Below are positions 19,999 to 30,700 of a DNA stretch of 64,000 nt, piece by piece. The position numbers and the translations under genes are program-made. Below the pieces are notes generated by a model that saw only the letters and a list, made by a program, of their open reading frames with translations, had not been told where the DNA came from and did no database searches. The stretch's first letter is position 1. Each line of letters opens with the position of its first letter. Location of the stretch: NCBI RefSeq assembly GCF_009914755.1, contig NC_060931.1; one strand, 5' to 3'. The stretch comes from the human T2T-CHM13v2.0 reference genome, Homo sapiens.

Positions 19999-20948
19999 AC
20001 AATGAGAACACATGGACACAGGAAGGGGAACATCACACACCGGGGCCTGTTGTGGGGTGGGGGAGGTGGGAGGGATAGCATTAGGAGAGAAACCTAATGC
20101 TAAATGACGAGTTAATGGGTGCAGCACACCAACATGGCACATGTATACATGTGCAACAAACCTGCACATTGTGCACACGTACCCTAAAACTAAAGTATGA
20201 TAAAAATATATATATATATTTCAAAACAAGTAGAATGATTTTCTAGCAAAATATTGAAACTAACTTCAGAAGAGTTAGAAATTCTAATCCAACTAGTTAT
20301 TATAAAAGGAATTGAGAACATAATCAAATAATTGCAATTTCCCTCAAAATGCCAGGCATGATGAATTGTATAAAATATTAAAGGAAAAAAAATTTCTAGG
20401 CTGTTTAAACCATCCCAAAGCATAAAAAGAAGAAAAACTTCCAGATTATTTTAATGAAATATATATATATATTATATAAACATCACAAAAATAGAATAAA
20501 ACAAAAACTACGGTAATTTCATTTATATCTGTTAATGAAAACAATGCTAATTGAAATACCAGAAAAAAAAGTCCCATGTAATATAATCAAGCGAGGTTAA
20601 TTGTTGAGATGCAAATGTGGTTCAATGTTAACAATTCAATTTACTAATAGACCAATAGAGAAAATTCATAATATGCAAGGACTTTCCTAACATTCAATAT
20701 GATTTGCATTCTTCATAACATGTAAATCTATAGATAATTTCTTAATACATCATGGCAAATATTTAGTGATTAAAATATTGGAAACATTTTTCTTACAATT
20801 GGCAACAAGAGAAGAATGTGTAATATTCAATATTCTTATGGCTGTACTTGCAGGTACAACTTGAAAAGATGAAACAATTAAAATTAGAGAGGAAGATTCT
20901 ACTTTTGACTAAAAGGAAGTAATAAAGACCAGATTTACTCTGTTGTCT

Positions 20949-21507
20949 TGTGATGGACACACCCTAGGTTCACTCCCAATAAATCATATAATTTTCCTCC
21001 CCTTGAGTCCATACTGGACCTGTGATCTGCTTCAAGTGAATAGAACATGGGAAAGATAAAAGGATTTTACAGATAGAGTTAAGGTTCCAAATCAGTTGAG
21101 TCTGAGTCAATCAAAAAGGAGATTGTCATGGCTGGGCTTGACTTTATAAAGTTGCCCTACAAGTAGTGTTGCAAGAGGAACTCATAGCAAGAAACTGCAG
21201 GTTACTTGTAGGAGCTGAGAGCAGCCATTGGATGAGAGATGGAAGAAAATGGGGATCTCAGCCCTACAGCTGCAAGGAATTGAATTCCATCAACAACCAC
21301 ATGAGCTTGGAAGAAGACACCCAGTTCCAGAAGAGAACTCAGTTCTGCCAACACCTTGACTTCAAGCTTATGAGACCTTAACCACAGAACCCTATTATGC
21401 CATATCTGGACTCTTGGCCCATAGAAACTGTGAGATAATACAAGTATGTGTTGTTTTAAGCTACTAACTTTGTGGTAACTTACTGCACAGGAACAGAAAC
21501 TAATACA
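20949..21507 (+). mobile_element. MaLR LTR, MLT1E/F-like
   Basis: TGTGATGG start; AATCAGTTGAGTCTGAGTCAATCAAAAAGGAGATT; ends AGAAACTAATACA. Confidence 0.75.
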
Positions 21508-22205
21508 CACTTCAAATAACTAGAAAACCAGACAAAATATATGAAGTAGTTTAACTGCCTGGACAACAAGCGATACACAGGAATGTGATTCCTACAATAA
21601 GAGAAATAAAATGAGCCTTGTAATTTTACCAGCTTTCTGCCTAGAGTCAGTATCTAGGCTGCAGTGCAAGGAAGAAAAAATTTAAACAGGTGGCTGCAGT
21701 CTCCCTGAATTAAGGAGACAGACATTACAGTCCTGGGAGTCTAAGAGAGCTGGATTTTACAGGGTACAGTACTGGCGGGAAATTATTGCAACAGAGCTGT
21801 GGATATTTGCAGAGGTCTTTCTGAATATTTGGCTAAATACTAATCAGCCCACACAGACCTAGGCATAGTTTGTGCTCCGTGGTAGAAAGACCTTCTAATA
21901 CATGGGCATTGGGTAGAATCTTCAGCCCGGCATCACGTTAGGAGTGGGGCCAAATTAACCCCTAGAATAATGGCTGCTCTGGACCTGCCCTCTGAAGATT
22001 TAAAGCAAACCTCGAAATGTTTTTACCTATTTTAATTAAATGCCTACCAAAACAAAACCCAAAACTATCTTAAGAAATACAACAAAATCCAACAATTAAC
22101 CATGTAAAAATAACAATATCTGGCATCCAATAAAAAAACACCAGGTAGACAAGCAAGAAAATATATTCCATAATTAGGAGAGAAATTAGTAATGGAAACC
22201 AACCA
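21508..22205 (+). mobile_element. Ancient L1M 5'/ORF1 relic that hosts the pseudogene; continues ~27129-28800
   Basis: L1M-like phrase ...GAAACCAACCA | ...GACAGAGATGATGGAA... is continuous across the pseudogene insertion. Confidence 0.55.
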
Positions 22206-22829
22206 GAGCTTCCGGCGTCTCCTACGGGCCCCCTGGTCGGCTTCTGCGGTCTCCATGACGGTGGCCGTGTTCTTCAGCTGCGCCTTCACTGCCTTCTGGC
22301 CTGCGCTCGCCCTCTAAGTCTTCACCATCACCACCGAGCCGTTGCACGCTGGTCATCATCTTGCTGCACGTGTTCTGGGACATTGTATTTTTTGATGGCT
22401 GCGAGAAGAAAAAGTGGTACATCCTTCTTATAGTTCTCCTGACCCGTCTGCTGGTGTCAGCCTGCACCTTCGTAAGTCCTCATTATGGAATAAACCTGCT
22501 GTCGGCATTTATAATCCTGGTGCTCATGGGCATCTGGGTATTCTTTGTTGCAGGAGGCAGCTGCCGAAGCCTCAAACTCTGCCTAATCTGCCAAGACAAG
22601 GACTTTCTTCTTTACAACCAGCGCTCCAGATAACCTGTGGGAATCAGCACTTCCCAAACTGCAGACTACATCTTTTAGAGGAAGCACAACTGTGCCTCTT
22701 TCTAAAAAATCCCTTTTTTCAGGTGGAATTGAGAAAAAAAACAAAACTATCCAGATACGTGTTCCTTTCACTTGGCTTTCACACAACCGCTCTCCGAAAG
22801 GGATGCCTCAGTCTTGTGCGTCCTGGCTG

Positions 22830-22965
22830 CACGGGAATCACCCGGGGCAATATAAATCCTACTGATTCTGGGCTCCACTCTCCAGAGTTAATTGGCCTGG
22901 GCACATGGTGAGTTTTAAAAGCTTCCCAGGTGATTCTGATATGCAGCCAGGCAGAGAACCACTGG
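22830..22965. mobile_element. MER5-like hAT relic within the pseudogene 3'UTR
   Basis: CTTCCCAGGTGATTCTGATATGCAGCCAGG...GAGAACCACTG. Confidence 0.6.
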
Positions 22966-23684
22966 TTTGTTATCCAAATAGGAGTTCCCTGAGAACACAA
23001 TAAGTGAATGACAATCTGGTGTTTAACTGTCTCCTAATCCAATTTGTACTGAGCAAGTAAGTATCTGAATGTCAAATTGTGGTTAACTTTTATCTTTGTA
23101 GTTCTGAAGTCACTAAAGGCTAAAGGGCTATGGCCTCTGTTAACTGTTTTCGTGTACTTCACTAGTACCGTCTTAGAGCACGGTAGGCTGGGCTTCTAAA
23201 TGCAATCATAAATTACACTGACCGACTATGATAATTTAGCCAAAGTAAGATACTGGTTAAGTTGTATTTTTCTGAAGTTCTTCCATTCCAGGTTTTGCTT
23301 TCTGAGGCATTACATTGTTTTTGAGTATAGATTACATTTTATTAACTACAAATGATTGTTTTCTGACTTCCTGGGGAAGGTATTCTAAAATCAAGAATTT
23401 TTATGCAATGTCTGTAAGTCCTTCCCCTGTTTAAAGCCTTCCATGGGCTCTGCCCCAAGGCCGTTGGCTGCAGTGTTCACCACCTGAGTGCCAGTTACTG
23501 GGCTAGTTGAGGTGAAGTGCATTGTTTTATCTCTGAGCAGCTGTGCAGGAAGCTGAGTGATGTGTCCTGGGACAGGCTTCACTGGAGCTGGTGGAAGTAT
23601 AAACAGAAGCACGAGGAAATGAGCCAAAAGGGTGTTGTTGACACTTGCATTTGCTCCCGTGATATTAACACTTTCACCTAAATG

Positions 23685-24762
23685 CATCGGGGAACCTGCC
23701 CTGATAATCACGTAGGTTCTTTTCTATTCTCCCTAAGCGTTGGGTGGTTTGAGAAATAAAGGGACAGAGTACAAAAGAGAGAAATTTTAAAGCTGGGCAT
23801 CCAGGGGAGACATTACATGTCGGTAGGTTCCGTGATTTCCCCCAAGCTGCAAAACCAGCAAGTTTTTATTAGGGAGTTTCAAAAGGGGAGGGAGTGTACG
23901 AATAGGGTGTGGGTCACAGACGTCAAGTACTTCACAAGGTAATAGAATATCACAAGGCAAATGGAGGCAGGGCGAGATCACAGGACCACAGGACTGGGGC
24001 GAAATTAAAATTGCTAATGAAGTTTCGGGCACCATTGTCATTGATAACATCTTATCAGGAGACAGGATTTTGAGAGCAACCAGTCTGACCAAAATTTATT
24101 AGGCGGGAATTTCTTCTTCCTAGTAAGCCTGGGAGCGCTATGCGAGACTGGGGTCTATTTCACCCCTGCAGTCTACAGACCATAAAAGATGGCCACACCC
24201 GGGGGTCTGTCTATAGACCTACCCCCAGGTGTGTATTCTCTTCCCCAGGGATGTTCCTTGCTGAGAAAAAGTATTCAGCGATATTTCTCCCATTTGCTTT
24301 TGAAAGAAGAGAAATATGGCTCTGTTCCGCCCAGCTCACCGGTGGTCAGAGTTTAAGGTTATCTCTCTTATTCCCTGAACAATTGCTGTTATCCTGTTCT
24401 TTTTTCAAGGTGCCCAGATTTCATATTGTTCAAACACATGTGCTCTACAATTTGTGCAGTTAACGCAATTATCACATGGTCCTGAGGCAACATACATCCT
24501 CCTCAGTTTACAAGGTGACAGGATTAAGAGATTAAAGTAAAGACAGGCCTAGGAAATCACAAGGGTATTGAATGGGGAAGTGATAAGTGTCCATGAAATC
24601 TTCACAATTTATGTTTAGAGATTGCAGTAAAGACAGACATAAGAAATTATAAAAGTATTAATTTGGGGAACTAATAAATGTCCATGAAATCTTCACAATC
24701 CATGTTCTTCTGCCATGGTTTCAGCCAGTCCCTCCGTTTGGGGTCCCTGACTTCCCACAACA
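23685..24762 (-). mobile_element. MER11 (MER11C-like; HERV-K HML-8) solo LTR
   Basis: Reverse complement starts TGTTGTGGGAAGTCAGGGACCCC; 1078 bp; exact 6-bp TSD TAAATG (23679-23684 / 24763-24768). Confidence 0.9.
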
Positions 24763-27319
24763 TAAATGGTTTAATGTAAAATTGGAAATAGATCTTAAAC
24801 TGCCAAATCTCACCCTACTGTACAATTCATATGCTCTTTAGATCTAGTCAATATTTCTGGGTTTTGGTAGCAGATATGGCATTCCCTTTACAGGAATACC
24901 CAAAGTGTTCTTTCTGCTTCCAGACAACCCCTTTGATTTCCTTTATAAAGGGAAAATGCCAGCAAGTCATGCCTTTACTATTAGGAATTGTTCCCAGTTG
25001 ATGTCCTTTGGGGGAGCTGATAGCGTGAAATGCAAATGACCTATATATTAAAGTGATGTCTCAGTTAAAGTGATGTCTCAGTGAATACCATACATGCAGC
25101 AGAACATTCAAAAGAGAGGAGCAGAAATGCTGAGGGGCTAGGGGAGTGGCAGTGGCAGGACAGATGGGTGGGTTTGACAGATTGTGGTGGGAAGAAAAAC
25201 TAACATGTTTAAAACAAACATGGCCAGTGTTTTGGGCTAGCCACACATCATTCCAGAGACCAAAACCTTACTCATGAACTAGACCTTTATTGATATCAGT
25301 GAATCCCCATGTTTAAAATATTAGAATGTTTAGAGATAAAATAGAGATAATAGAGTTAAAAAAAGAGTAGGCTTCCAGCAATGCTGTACATAGTCTGATA
25401 GGCAATTGTGGTTATTCCCCTAAAGTTTACTTCATCTCTAACACCAGAGCTTCTGCTGGAGTTTGCAGTTTTGCAGCTTTATACAAGATTTTCCTTTGAC
25501 TGGAAGAGTCAAAGATATAAAGACTGAACAGTGACATTTACTGTGCACCATCAAGGGGAATAAGATATTCATCAAACTGGGATTATTCTTAACCTGGTGT
25601 TTTTTGAATAAGAAAATTACATAGTTGGTTATTATGGACTTAAAACTCTGTTAAATGGATATTCTGATAAAATATTTGTTGATCTGTAGCATATGGAAAA
25701 TCTGAGAATTTTAGCTTTACTCATCTTTAGTTTTGAGGATGTTCTCTGTGTGCTGATAGTTTCATATTAACTAAAAAAGCTGGGTATCGTAAAATCTCAT
25801 TTATAAAAACTCAGATGAAGAGAAAATTTTCTTTGATGGTGAGACTGTTGTCTTAGTTCAAGAAATTTTTAATAATCCTTTGTTACCTGTGAATGAAGGA
25901 ACTTTGTAATTCTGATTTCTCCTAAATCATGAGCTTTTCCAGAGTCAGCTTAGACACTGTTGTTGCAAATAGCCATGGTTTGCCTTATGCCAAGGAAGCC
26001 CAGAGGGAGGGCCTAGTCTTCCTCTGTTGCTGAGTATATATTGGGATGCTTTTTAAATTTTTTTTTGCATTTGTTATCTATAATGAGCTGTCTGAGCCCT
26101 GATAATATTGAGATGAACAGGAGGTATTGATGTTATACACTCCCTTCCATTCAGGATTTTCTGCTTGGAAGGAAATGTGGATATAGTTAAAGTCGACCTT
26201 GGAGAATTGTGAATATTGTTGCAATTTCTGAATATATTACCATGTGAATAGTAGAGACTGTGTTGCTCTCTAGTATAAGCTATATTTATTTTTAATTCAT
26301 TTTAATTAGTAGTTATAACTGGAGAAGTTTTGTTACCTTTATCCTGGCCTGCCTAACTGGCAGTATAATAGCAGCAGACTCTTTTAGAGCATCTTAATGA
26401 AAACATGGCTGAAAGGAATTAATGATGATATCTGCAGACTGCATAGAAAATGGCTTTTGTTCACAGTGTTAACATTGTCTTCTCAATCACATTTCAGTGT
26501 TTGTGGAGAGTGGCAGATTCACAAGAAAAACACTAGGTGTTCATATCCATAGAGTGGATGCAGAATAAGCAGTTGTGACAGGAGCTTCTTCCTGCCTAGT
26601 ACTCCTCCCACTCACCTCAATGCAGCCCCAGACAGGCATTAGCATTCAGTGTGGGCCCTTGGGCAGTCCTGAAGCCTGGCTGGGCCACCAGACAGGGTGG
26701 CAGCCTGTGGTGGGCATCAGCAGCCTGCTTCCTGGGAAGAGTTCCTTAAGGGCGTTGGCTGTTTTTGTTAGCTAAGTTTTTTCTGGGCTCCACCATTCCT
26801 AACTCCAGGTAGACAAAATAGACGTCACACAAAACAATTTTAAAGTACTTTGCTTAGAGCATTTTGTTTATGATTGCAATGTTTGTTTCTCATTTAATAG
26901 GAGGCTTTTTACTTTAATCTGTTACATTTTAGTGTTTAGAAGAGGTGGGTACTGTCACTATGTAAAATATGTAATATTTTATATGTTATACTATGACACA
27001 TATACTTGCAATATCAGACCTTGCATTCAATATACAATGCAATTGACTCTTTGCAGACCTGCATTTTTCAGTGAACAATAAAAGGATTGTCTGGCACCAA
27101 AAAAAAAAAAAAAAAGAGAAGCCAACCATGAAAGGACAGAGATGATGGAAGTGTCAGAGATGATGGAAGTGTCAAACATAGACTGGCAGATATTTAAACA
27201 GCTATTACACATTATGCAGCTATTCTGTGTTTTCTGTGTTTAAGAAAGCAGAAGAAACCATAAATATGGTGAGAGAAATGGAAGGTATTATTCAAAAGGC
27301 TCAAGTAGAATTTAGAATT

Positions 27320-27732
27320 TCCCTCTTACTGGGAAAAGAGGCTAGGCAGAGAAGGGAGAAATCTTGAAGATGCTTTTCCTCCTCTCTGAATCAGTACCCA
27401 GAACTTTACTTTCTACTCCTGGCCCTGTCCCCCACCTTCCTGTAAGCCACCCAGAGTCCACAGAACTGCCCCAGCCTTTTGTCTGTGGCTCTCTCAATGG
27501 TGAGATGACCCCCACCTACATGCTGACCCAGCAGACTCTCTATGTTCCTGGGGGGAAATGGGGAGGCAGGGAACGGGGGCAGTGCTTTCTCCAGTTTTGG
27601 GCCCTTGCTTATACCACTGCATAAGTGATTAAAATCTTGTTTTTATTTTATTGTTGGCTTGTTGCTTTAATCGCCTACTATAGCACCTGGTAGCTCAGCT
27701 TTCTTTCTTTCAGCTCAGCTGAGCTCCTGAGA
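27320..27732 (+). mobile_element. Old LTR fragment, subfamily uncertain
   Basis: GC-richer insert within the L1M relic, with ATTAAA and an LTR-like end AGCTCAGCTGAGCTCCTGA. Confidence 0.4.
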
Positions 27733-30700
27733 GTACAGAGACAAAAAAGACTGAAAAATAATGAACATCTATGACCTGTGACAAAATATCAGGCAGTTTA
27801 ACATCATACAATTGGAGGACTAGGAAAAGAGTGAGGGGACAGTACACAGAAAAAAAGAATGGAAAAATAATTGCCAAAATTTTCTGATTTTGAAGGAAAT
27901 TTTAAATCTATAGATCCAAGAAGTTTAATAAATCTTAAGAATAAAAAATATTATAGGAAGATATATGTTATCATTTGTAAATTCCAGAAGAATCAAAGAT
28001 TTAACTGTAAAAATATAAAACTTTAAACATGTTTTTAAAAGTTTAATTTAAAAAAATAATTGTGAGTACAAAGTTCTAAGTGTTATTCCAAACCTTGAAA
28101 ATATTACAGAATTATTAATAAATTTGACCACTTAAGTTTTTTAATGTCTGTATGTAATGTACATTGTAAGCAAAGGACATGTTTATCATATGTTTTACAA
28201 AAGGCATTAGATTTAACAAAAAGCACGATGGAGTTTTGTAATCTATTAAAAGTTCTTGAAAAATTAATAAAACTACCAGCAAACAATGTAAAATAAAGTA
28301 TATGAACAGTCAATTAACTGCAAAAACCTATGAAAAGATGCTCAACCTCGCTCATAATTAAGGAAATGTAAATCAAAATGATAATAATGTGGGGACATTT
28401 TCCCCCTGTACGATTGAAAGGGATAATATTTGAAACCAGTGTAGCAGGAGTGTGTGACTTTGACATTCTTGCTTTGCTCAACAAAGAGAGATGTGGGAAA
28501 CTCTTTGGAAGGAAATTTGATAATAGTGATCAATAATAACAATGTACCCATTCTTTGACATTGCAACTCAATTTTTAGGAAGTTATATTAAAATTACTCT
28601 GTCAGGTGCATTATAATAAATGAGTAAAAATACCCATTACTGCATTTTTATATTAATGAAAGACTAGAGAAAGCAATACCTAATGACATATGGACTGGTG
28701 TAAAAAGCTATGTGACAGTACAATGAAACACAGTGAGGCTGATGAAAAGAATAAAATATGAATATAAAATTATTTCCAAGATATATTTTTTAAAAATCTA
28801 AAAAAAAATAAGGTACAGAAGAGGATGTATGTATTAAAACTATAGAAATTAGAGATCTTAAGATGAGGGAAAAAGAAACAACTATAGAGGGTATGTGTGT
28901 ATATATGTAATACACCTGTACTCACATATCAGTTGGTATTGGCATAGACTGTGTCTGAGATAACTTTAGTTGCATTTGGTCAGGGAAATTAGGAGCCTAC
29001 AAAAAGAAAGACACTTACTTATCACAATTTACCTTTAAAATGTTTAGTTTTGCAAGTTAAAAAGTTTTAAGTTAGCAAAACTATTCAACATTAGCTAACA
29101 CAAAGGTTTTTTTTTCCTTAAGTAAAATAGATTTTTCATGTTTTTGGGCATACAGGTTGAGAGTAGTCATTCTTGTAGTCTATTTTTCAATGACAGTAAA
29201 TCTTTGATATTAAAAAATGGAATAATTATAGTTTCAAGTATATGAGTTATCTGGAAAACTCATTGCATATAGTAATTTATAATCTTGCTGAAATTTGATT
29301 TAGAATCAATTAACTCATTACATTGAGGCTAGTCAAGTGCACATTTCTAATTTTGATTTTGATGTGTTGGTTTCTAATTTATCAAGTTTACCTAATAAGC
29401 CTTACAATGAGATACAAATTGTGTGTGTGTGTGTGTGCAAGCCATTGCCAGTAATAGAAAACAATAAATCTAAGAAGCCACAACTGGGCAAATCAAAGTT
29501 TTGCACAAATTACAGAGAAGAATGCCAGCTCTGACATTTCCTCAGATTTATGCTTTGAATAAAGTTTATAAAACCCATAAAAGGAAATAAAGAAAAAAGT
29601 GTATGTGAAGAAACGAAACTACCTGTTCCTTTTCTTCTGGGCATGAGGCCTTGGTTAAAAACGTTTTCAAGCCTTTATGTTATTTGTGTTGTATATTCAT
29701 AAATTTGGAGGATTCACAAACATTTTTAATACAGCCTTAAAACAGTTAATTTTTTGTCTGTCCTGTATCAGGTAGTTGTCGTACTCTTCATTTTTCCAGA
29801 GGCCAAAACTAAACCCATGGGCATCTTTATCTGGCTGCCTGTAGCGTGAACGCTTGTGAGGTAAGCACCATACTTTTCATTACAAAATTGGGGTACTATT
29901 TGATGAAAATAATAAAATATCTTCCTGATGAATTATATGCAACTTCAGATGTTTGATGATATAATACTTGCAGTAAAGATCACTAAACTAGCATATAGGG
30001 AATAAAAGGTTTGCAACCTTAAGGCCCTACCTTATACATAGCAATTTAGCAAGAAGAAGCTCAAAATGATAATCCCCCAATGCTGTCACAATTACAGTAC
30101 AATAAGCACAGTATATGTCAACCACACAACAGTTATGACAGTTCGCTGAATTATGATGTCACTGAGCTGACTTCAACCCTTTTAATAAGTAACACGTAGC
30201 TGTGCAAATTAAATTTTTTTGCCATTTGAAAATTGTATTCCTGAATATCTGTGTGTTAAATAAAAATAAAAATAATCAAATTCAGCTTTATGAATAAAGG
30301 TGCTTGAAATAATTTAAGAAGATGGTTCTATAATTCCAGTACCTTAATATGATGCAACACAAGTGTGGTCCCTCAGTAAGTACCACATCTAAAATATGAA
30401 TATATTTATTATGAAATAGTTAAAAAGCAAAAGCATACACTATGGTATCAGTCATAACTTATTTAAAAATCGAGACATTTCTGGGGCTGAAACTTGGGCC
30501 TTGTTTTACTTTCAGATCTTACCTTCTTCAATATATATGGCTCCTCAAAAGAGTCAGTGCATTAATCAAAACTTGCTATGAAGAAAAATGTCTTACAAAA
30601 TGGACACAGATTAGACAATTTATTTTGTCTTCAGTTTATTGCTATAATTTAGTGTTCTGGAGCGGTATTGCTGAGAGGTCTGCCCTGGGAATAAAATACA

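Larger units (their letters stand above)
22206..27115 (+). pseudogene. APH1B: Processed pseudogene of APH1B (gamma-secretase subunit) with internal CDS deletion and a long 3'UTR
   Basis: ATG 22255 gives MTVAVFFSCAFTAFWPALAL*VFTITTEPL, joined to TLVIILLHVFWDIVFFDGCEKKKW...LYNQRSR* (22633). Intronless; AATAAA near 27077; poly(A) 27099-27115; TSD GAAACCAACCA (22195-22205) / GAAGCCAACCA (27118-27128). Confidence 0.92.

Noticed and set aside
22414-22911. 165-aa ORF in the pseudogene
   Set aside because: Alternative frame of APH1B CDS and UTR running into a MER5 relic; no recognisable protein.
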